A DNA stretch of 64,000 bases, taken from assembly GCA_964499705.1 (NCBI GenBank), contig CAZCME010000002.1:310001-374000 (forward strand), read 5' to 3'. The DNA comes from an uncultured bacterium. Its GTDB lineage: Bacteria; UBA8481. Positions within the stretch are counted from its first letter, which is position 1, and every line of letters starts with the position of its first letter. Positions 58,535 to 64,000 of this stretch are shown one piece after another. The notes beneath the pieces are model-generated. The model ran no database searches. It had not been told where the DNA came from and was given only the letters and a program-made list of their open reading frames with translations. Position numbers and translations under genes: made by a program.

Positions 58535-59104
58535 CTATTTGCGGGATATGAAACGATTCCCTTCGATATAGAACCTCAGCGGTTTGCGAGCCCATTCGCC
58601 GGCGTATCCGACGCCGATGCGCGGCCGGGAGACGATCCGGATGCGTTCGCGGTGCTCCGGTTCGACGATATAGAAGTTGTCTCTCAGGAGATCGTGCCGA
58701 TTGAGCGATCTGTCGATGCCCATCGAACGGCAAAGAAGGCCCGGCCCGCTCGTTTTTCCGTCCAGGTTCTTCACCGGTTCGAGAGCCCGCAGAAGAACCG
58801 CCGCGCCGATTCCCTCCGGTTCCGTCACGACGTTCATGCAGTAATACATGCCGTAGATCATGTACACGTACGCATGTCCCGGCGGGCCGAACATGACGGC
58901 GGTGCGCGGAGTCATCCCCTTTGAGGAATGCGAAGCCAGGTCATTGCGGCCGAGGTAGGCTTCCGTTTCCACGATCCGGCCGATGATGTCCGTGCCATTC
59001 ACGCGATGAACGAGCCATTTGCCCAACAGCTCGCGCGCGACGGATTTCGTCTTCCGGTTGTAGAATTCGCGCGGGAGCTTCGTATAGGGGACATTCTCCA
59101 ACAT
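58535..59104 (-). CDS. mpg: DNA-3-methyladenine glycosylase (MPG/Aag family)
   Basis: VARELLGK, GRIVETEAY, MFGPPGHAYVYMIYGM, AVLLRALEP, GPGLLC, PRIGV. Confidence 0.93.
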   Translation of the reverse strand: MLENVPYTKLPREFYNRKTKSVARELLGKWLVHRVNGTDIIGRIVETEAYLGRNDLASHSSKGMTPRTAVMFGPPGHAYVYMIYGMYYCMNVVTEPEGIGAAVLLRALEPVKNLDGKTSGPGLLCRSMGIDRSLNRHDLLRDNFYIVEPEHRERIRIVSRPRIGVGYAGEWARKPLRFYIEGNRFISRK

Positions 59105-59256
59105 TCCAACATTCTATATACACGACTTGCGGGAAAATAGGGCTGATTCTCCAGATCGCTTCATGCTCAATAAATCAAGGTGCATGTTACAAAAAATACA
59201 TACCGGTCACACATAACTCTTTTCATACCAATGTTGGAATGTTGGAGAATGTCCCC
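59087..59256. mobile_element. 170-bp MITE-like element with perfect 27-bp terminal inverted repeats flanked by TA
   Basis: GGGGACATTCTCCAACATTCCAACATT (59087-59113) and its exact reverse complement (59230-59256); TA on both sides; AT-rich 116-bp core. Confidence 0.7.
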
Positions 59257-59891
59257 TATTGCATGCGGGATTCGACTCGGATGGGGTTGATGCCGTTCTC
59301 GATCAATTCCTTGTAGGCGGATGCGCTTCCTGTCCAGAGCCATTTCTCGTAGACGGAAAGTGTGCGACGGTTATTGTGCGGAGCGGTGTGCTCGCTCACT
59401 TCACCGAGGATGGAAACAAACATGGGGAAGCCTTTGGCCAGTTCGCGAAAGAGCTCGAACAGGGGCGATGGCTCGACTTCGTCCGCGAGGCGTGAATACG
59501 CGAGGCTCCCCATGCGGTGGTAATATTTCGGATTCACGTTCTTGCGCATGAGGCAATCGGAGAAGAATCCGGAGACGAAGAGCGCTCGATCTCCGAGACG
59601 GCGGAGCGTTTCCTCGCGCTGCGCGCCGGACTGGGTCTTGAGCGCAAGATACGTTTCCGCGAACGTGAGATCGTTGGCGGGATCGGCGAGGACGAGGGCG
59701 GATGAATTGACGGCGCTGGAGAGGAGCGCGACAAGGTAATACTCCGCCATGGAGCTGGGCTGGGCATTCTGCGACTTCACGGCCTTCTGAACCAGCTCGC
59801 GGAAAATCTCCTCGAGGCGTTCGGTCCGCAACACGCACGTCAGGTTTTCTCTTTGAAGTTGCGATTCGGTTGGAATGACCTCTATCATCAT
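59256..59891 (-). CDS. Conserved hypothetical protein
   Basis: YYLVALL, LRRLGDRALFVSGFFSD, YYHRMG..AY, YEKWL.TGS pattern that I recognise from uncharacterised proteins. Confidence 0.7.
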   Translation of the reverse strand: MMIEVIPTESQLQRENLTCVLRTERLEEIFRELVQKAVKSQNAQPSSMAEYYLVALLSSAVNSSALVLADPANDLTFAETYLALKTQSGAQREETLRRLGDRALFVSGFFSDCLMRKNVNPKYYHRMGSLAYSRLADEVEPSPLFELFRELAKGFPMFVSILGEVSEHTAPHNNRRTLSVYEKWLWTGSASAYKELIENGINPIRVESRMQ

Positions 59892-60051
59892 GTCCCATCC
59901 GTTTCGCGTCGCGGAGGCTTCACATCAACGACGCTTCGCGTCCCCCGCCGCGTTGTATTTATTATCGGCTGAAGCGGGCCGGAAATTTACGAGTCCTGTA
60001 CAAACTTTCGCAAAGATAATCTTCTTCCGCCGTCCCGGGTCGTTCAAACCA

Positions 60052-60079
60052 TTGACACCCGTTTCGGCGCCGATATCAT
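60052..60079 (+). promoter_or_regulatory. sigma70-type promoter of tRNA-Val
   Basis: TTGACA-16nt-TATCAT upstream of the tRNA. Confidence 0.65.
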
Positions 60080-60093
60080 TCTCGGCGTATCCC

Positions 60094-60167
60094 GGGCGAT
60101 TAGCTCAGTTGGCTAGAGTACTTCCTTGACATGGAAGGGGTCACTGGTTCGAGTCCAGTATCGCCCA
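60094..60167 (+). tRNA. tRNA-Val(GAC)
   Basis: GGGCGAT/ATCGCCC acceptor stem, TAGCTCAGTTGG D-arm, CTTCC-TTGACAT-GGAAG anticodon arm, GGTTCGAGTCC; CCA not encoded. Confidence 0.96.
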
Positions 60168-60410
60168 CGGCTAGTTGACCTCCCTTATCTTTGACGTTGC
60201 AAAATTAGATCCGGTAGTCCGAAATTAGTTTCCAGGATACCCAAGATTTTTCTTTCACAAGGCGCGGTTGCCCACTTATAATATTTCCCTCGAATTCAAT
60301 ACCCTGAAATGAAATGCATCGCGCGGCCGGGGGCAAGCACGAGAACGATCCATCAGCGCTTCCGCAGCACCGGTCATCGCAAGATAATGGTTAAGGATGG
60401 GACAAAAAGA

Positions 60411-63400
60411 GTGAGAGGACTGCCCGAAAAACAGGGTCTTTACGACCCGGCCTTCGAACACGATGCCTGCGGTGTCGGCTTCATCGTCGATATCTCGGGA
60501 AAGAAGTCGCACGACATCGTGGAGAAGGGGCTCCGGATCGTGGAGAACCTTTCGCACCGCGGCGCGTGCGGTTGCGATCCCCGCACGGGCGACGGCGCCG
60601 GAATCCTGATGCAGATTCCGGACGAGTTCTTCCGGAAGGAGTGCGCCAACGCCCACGGATTCGCGGGCGGCCGCGGCTTTGAGCTCCCTCCGCTCGGCCA
60701 ATACGGCGTCGGCATGATCTTCCTCCCGCAGATCCCGGTCGACCGCCATTTCTGCGAGGGGCTCCTCGAGGAGATCATCGAGCAGGAAGGCCTCGATCTC
60801 CTGGGATGGCGTTCCGTCCCCATCGTGGAATCGGTCATCGGCGAATTCGCCAAGGATGTCCGCCCGCACATCAAGCAGGTTTTCGTCGCCTCCAGCGATG
60901 GAAACATCGATCAGGATGCGCTGGAAAGAAAGCTCTATGTCGTCCGGAAGCGAATGCAGAACGAGGTGCGCGATAAGATGAAGCGCGCTTTCCACTACTT
61001 CTACATCGCGTCGCTCTCGACCCGCACCATCGTCTACAAGGGCATGCTGATCGCCGAGCAGATCCAGCCCTTCTTCCTCGATCTCTCCGATCCGACCATG
61101 AAGAGCGCGATCGCTCTCGTGCATCAGAGATACAGCACGAACACGTTTCCGACATGGGATCTCGCCCATCCGTTCCGCTATCTTGCTCATAACGGAGAGA
61201 TCAACACACTGAAGGGCAACATCAACTGGATGGACGCCCGCCAGAAGATGATGGACTCGAAGCTCTTCGGCGACGACATGGAGAAGATCATGCCGATCGT
61301 TCTTTCCATGGGCAGCGATTCCGCCTGCCTCGACAACGCCCTGGAGTTTCTCGTCCTCACCGGCCGGTCGCTCGCGCACTCCATGATGATGCTCATTCCC
61401 GAAGCCTGGGAGAACGACGCGGCGATGGATCTGGACAAGCGCGGCTTCTACGAATTCCACGCGGCGATGATGGAACCCTGGGACGGACCGGCCTGTGTCG
61501 CATTCACGGATGGCCGCCAGATCGGAGCCCAGCTCGACCGCAACGGCCTCCGGCCCGCCCGGTACTGCGTCACGAAAACGGGCCTTGTCATCATGGCTTC
61601 CGAAGCGGGAGTCCTGGACATCCCCGAAGCGGAGATCGAAAAGAAGGGGCGGCTGCAGCCAGGCAAGATGCTGATGATCGACACCGAGGCGGGCCGTATC
61701 ATAGGAGACGAGGAATTGAAGGGCGCGATCGCGCGTCAGAAGCCGTACAGGAACTGGGTCACCGAGCAGAAGATCGAGCTCTCGAATCTTGCGGCGCCGC
61801 CGCCGATCCAGGTCCCCAGCCGTTCGACGCTTCTCGAGCGTCAGCAGATCTTCGGCTACACGGTCGAGGATCTCAAGTTCATCCTGGGGCCGATGGCCGC
61901 CACGGGCGAGGAGCCTATCGGCTCCATGGGAACGGACACGCCGCCGGCCGTCCTTTCCGATCGTGCCCAGCCGCTCTTCTACTATTTCAAGCAGCTCTTC
62001 GCGCAGGTCACGAATCCTCCGATCGATCCGATCCGCGAGGAAATGGTGATGTCGTTGACGATCTACGTCGGCGGCGAGGGAAATCTCCTGGAGGAGAATC
62101 CGCGGCAGTGCCACCAGCTGGAGCTTCCGCATCCGATCCTGACGAACCATGAGCTCGAGCAGATCCGCCACTTCTCCATCAGCCATCTCCGCGCGATCAC
62201 GCTCCCGCTCCTCTTTCACGCGGAGGAAGGCGGTCCGCGCCTGCGGCATGCGCTCGATGAACTCTGCGAGCGAGCCTCGAACGCGGTGAAGGCGGGCTAC
62301 TCGATCCTCATCCTGTCGGACCGTAACGTCGACGCCTTCCGCGCGCCCATTCCGTCGCTCCTGGCGGTCGGCGCTGTTCATGAGCATCTCGTCCGCGAAG
62401 GAACGCGGACCCGGGTCGGGATCATGCTCGAAAGCGGCGAGCCGCGCGAGGTCCACCATTTTGCGCTGCTCCTGGGATATGGCTGCAGCGCGATCAATCC
62501 GTACGGCGCCTTCGACACGCTGACGGACATGGTTCACCAGGGATTGCTTCCGGAAAAGATCAGCGAGGAGAAGGCCCACGCGAACTTCGTCAAGGCCGTG
62601 AAGAAGGGGATCTTCAAGGTGATGTCGAAGATGGGCATCTCCACTCTGTTGTCCTACCACGGCGCCCAGATCTTCGAAGCGCTGGGGCTTTCGCGCGAAC
62701 TCGTCGCGGAATACTTCACCGGCACTCCGTCCCGGCTGGGTGGCATCGGCCTGGATGTGATCGCCGAGGAGGCCCGCATGCGACACGAGCGCGCCTTCCC
62801 GAGGACGTATGTCACAACGCCCACGCTCGATCCCGGCGGCCAGTACCAGTGGCGGCGCGACGGCGAGAAGCACATCCTCAATCCCGATTCGATCGCGAAA
62901 CTGCAGCACGCGGTCCGGAAGGAATCCTGGGAATCGTACGAGGAATACGCGACGACGATGAACGAGCAGGCCGAGAAGATGGTGACTTTGCGGTCGCTCT
63001 TGAGATTTCGCGCGGGCAAGTCCATCCCGCTCGACGATGTGGAGCCTGCGCGTAATATCGTCAAGCGCTTCGCGACCGGCGCCATGTCGTACGGTTCCAT
63101 TTCGCTCGAAGCTCATCAGACGCTGGCTATCGCGATGAACCGCATCGGCGGCAAGTCGAACACCGGCGAAGGCGGGGAGGATCCGGCGCGCTATGCGCTC
63201 CTGCCGAACGGAGATTCGCTCCGGTCGGCCATCAAGCAGGTCGCGTCCGCGCGCTTCGGCGTCACGACGGAGTACCTCATGAACGCCGATGAGCTCCAGA
63301 TCAAGATCGCGCAAGGCGCAAAGCCCGGCGAAGGCGGGCAGCTTCCGGGACACAAGGTGAGCGAGGAGATCGGACGCGTCCGCTATTCCACTCCGGGCGT

Positions 63401-64000
63401 CGGGCTCATCTCCCCTCCGCCGCACCACGACATCTACTCGATCGAGGATCTCGCGCAGCTCATATTCGACCTCAAAAACGTCAATCCCCGCGCCAGGATC
63501 AGCGTGAAGCTGGTCGCGGAAGCCGGAGTCGGCACCGTCGCGGCAGGGGTATCGAAGGCCAAGGCCGATGTCGTCCTGATCAGCGGCTACGATGGCGGCA
63601 CCGGCGCCTCGCCTATTTCGTCCCTCAAGCATGCGGGGATCCCGTGGGAGATCGGGCTTGCGGAGACGCACCAGGTCCTCGTCAGGAACGACCTTCGCGG
63701 ACGCATCATCGTCCAGACGGACGGAAAACTCGCGACCGGCCGCGACGTCGCGATCGCGGCGATGCTCGGCGCCGAGGAGTTCGGGTTCGCGACGCTGCCG
63801 CTCATCACGATGGGATGCATCATGATGCGCAAATGCCACCTGAACACCTGCCCCGTCGGCATCGCGACGCAGGATCCGGTGCTGCGGCGGAAGTTCGCGG
63901 GCAAGCCGGAGCACGTCGTGAACTTCTTCTTCTTCATCGCGGAGGACATCCGCCGGATCATGGCGCAGCTCGGCTTCCGGACCATCGACGAGATGGTCGG
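60411..64000 (+). CDS. gltB: Glutamate synthase large subunit, 3'-truncated by window edge
   Basis: Not in ORF track (no stop in window); reads [71 protein letters not shown]; start GTG 60411 or ATG 60387. Confidence 0.97.
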   Translation, partial: MRGLPEKQGLYDPAFEHDACGVGFIVDISGKKSHDIVEKGLRIVENLSHRGACGCDPRTGDGAGILMQIPDEFFRKECANAHGFAGGRGFELPPLGQYGVGMIFLPQIPVDRHFCEGLLEEIIEQEGLDLLGWRSVPIVESVIGEFAKDVRPHIKQVFVASSDGNIDQDALERKLYVVRKRMQNEVRDKMKRAFHYFYIASLSTRTIVYKGMLIAEQIQPFFLDLSDPTMKSAIALVHQRYSTNTFPTWDLAHPFRYLAHNGEINTLKGNINWMDARQKMMDSKLFGDDMEKIMPIVLSMGSDSACLDNALEFLVLTGRSLAHSMMMLIPEAWENDAAMDLDKRGFYEFHAAMMEPWDGPACVAFTDGRQIGAQLDRNGLRPARYCVTKTGLVIMASEAGVLDIPEAEIEKKGRLQPGKMLMIDTEAGRIIGDEELKGAIARQKPYRNWVTEQKIELSNLAAPPPIQVPSRSTLLERQQIFGYTVEDLKFILGPMAATGEEPIGSMGTDTPPAVLSDRAQPLFYYFKQLFAQVTNPPIDPIREEMVMSLTIYVGGEGNLLEENPRQCHQLELPHPILTNHELEQIRHFSISHLRAITLPLLFHAEEGGPRLRHALDELCERASNAVKAGYSILILSDRNVDAFRAPIPSLLAVGAVHEHLVREGTRTRVGIMLESGEPREVHHFALLLGYGCSAINPYGAFDTLTDMVHQGLLPEKISEEKAHANFVKAVKKGIFKVMSKMGISTLLSYHGAQIFEALGLSRELVAEYFTGTPSRLGGIGLDVIAEEARMRHERAFPRTYVTTPTLDPGGQYQWRRDGEKHILNPDSIAKLQHAVRKESWESYEEYATTMNEQAEKMVTLRSLLRFRAGKSIPLDDVEPARNIVKRFATGAMSYGSISLEAHQTLAIAMNRIGGKSNTGEGGEDPARYALLPNGDSLRSAIKQVASARFGVTTEYLMNADELQIKIAQGAKPGEGGQLPGHKVSEEIGRVRYSTPGVGLISPPPHHDIYSIEDLAQLIFDLKNVNPRARISVKLVAEAGVGTVAAGVSKAKADVVLISGYDGGTGASPISSLKHAGIPWEIGLAETHQVLVRNDLRGRIIVQTDGKLATGRDVAIAAMLGAEEFGFATLPLITMGCIMMRKCHLNTCPVGIATQDPVLRRKFAGKPEHVVNFFFFIAEDIRRIMAQLGFRTIDEMV

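Noticed and set aside
60276-63914. 1212-aa minus-strand ORF
   Set aside because: Antisense shadow of gltB, which carries all recognisable motifs on the plus strand

Overview
High-GC, diderm bacterial chromosome segment (TolC, RND pump, lipoproteins, sigma-54 activator); I could not assign a lineage from sequence alone. Housekeeping content: partial cobalamin cluster (cbiG, cbiF/cobM, cbiX) split by a MazF/RHH toxin-antitoxin pair, tsaD, two tandem S41 proteases, gloB, a TatT-associated TRAP transporter, rplM-rpsI, Cu/Zn SOD, ndk, ftsK, ComEA/ComEC-type genes, a non-canonical arginine succinyltransferase-like cluster, a Cus-like efflux locus, c-di-GMP/two-component genes, mpg, tRNA-Ser(GCT), tRNA-Val(GAC) and the 5' part of gltB. 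Best candidate for an undescribed system: a tightly coupled five-gene operon behind tRNA-Ser, consisting of a degenerate MNT-like nucleotidyltransferase, a fusion of a probably inactive Fe-S PD-(D/E)XK nuclease domain to an intact GGDEF cyclase, an O-antigen-ligase/TPR membrane protein, a histidine kinase and a sigma-54 activator. Other notable signals: a Bacillus-like dif site with a second inverted XerD arm; a 170-bp TA-flanked MITE-like element supplying the mpg start and the upstream gene's stop; two Cys-rich leader-like ORFs with matching C-termini before SD-sequestering hairpins in the copper locus; a LysM-TolC fusion; three probable CTG/ATT starts; and a recurring leaderless-mRNA promoter layout. 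All family calls come from motif recognition by eye; no database search was run.
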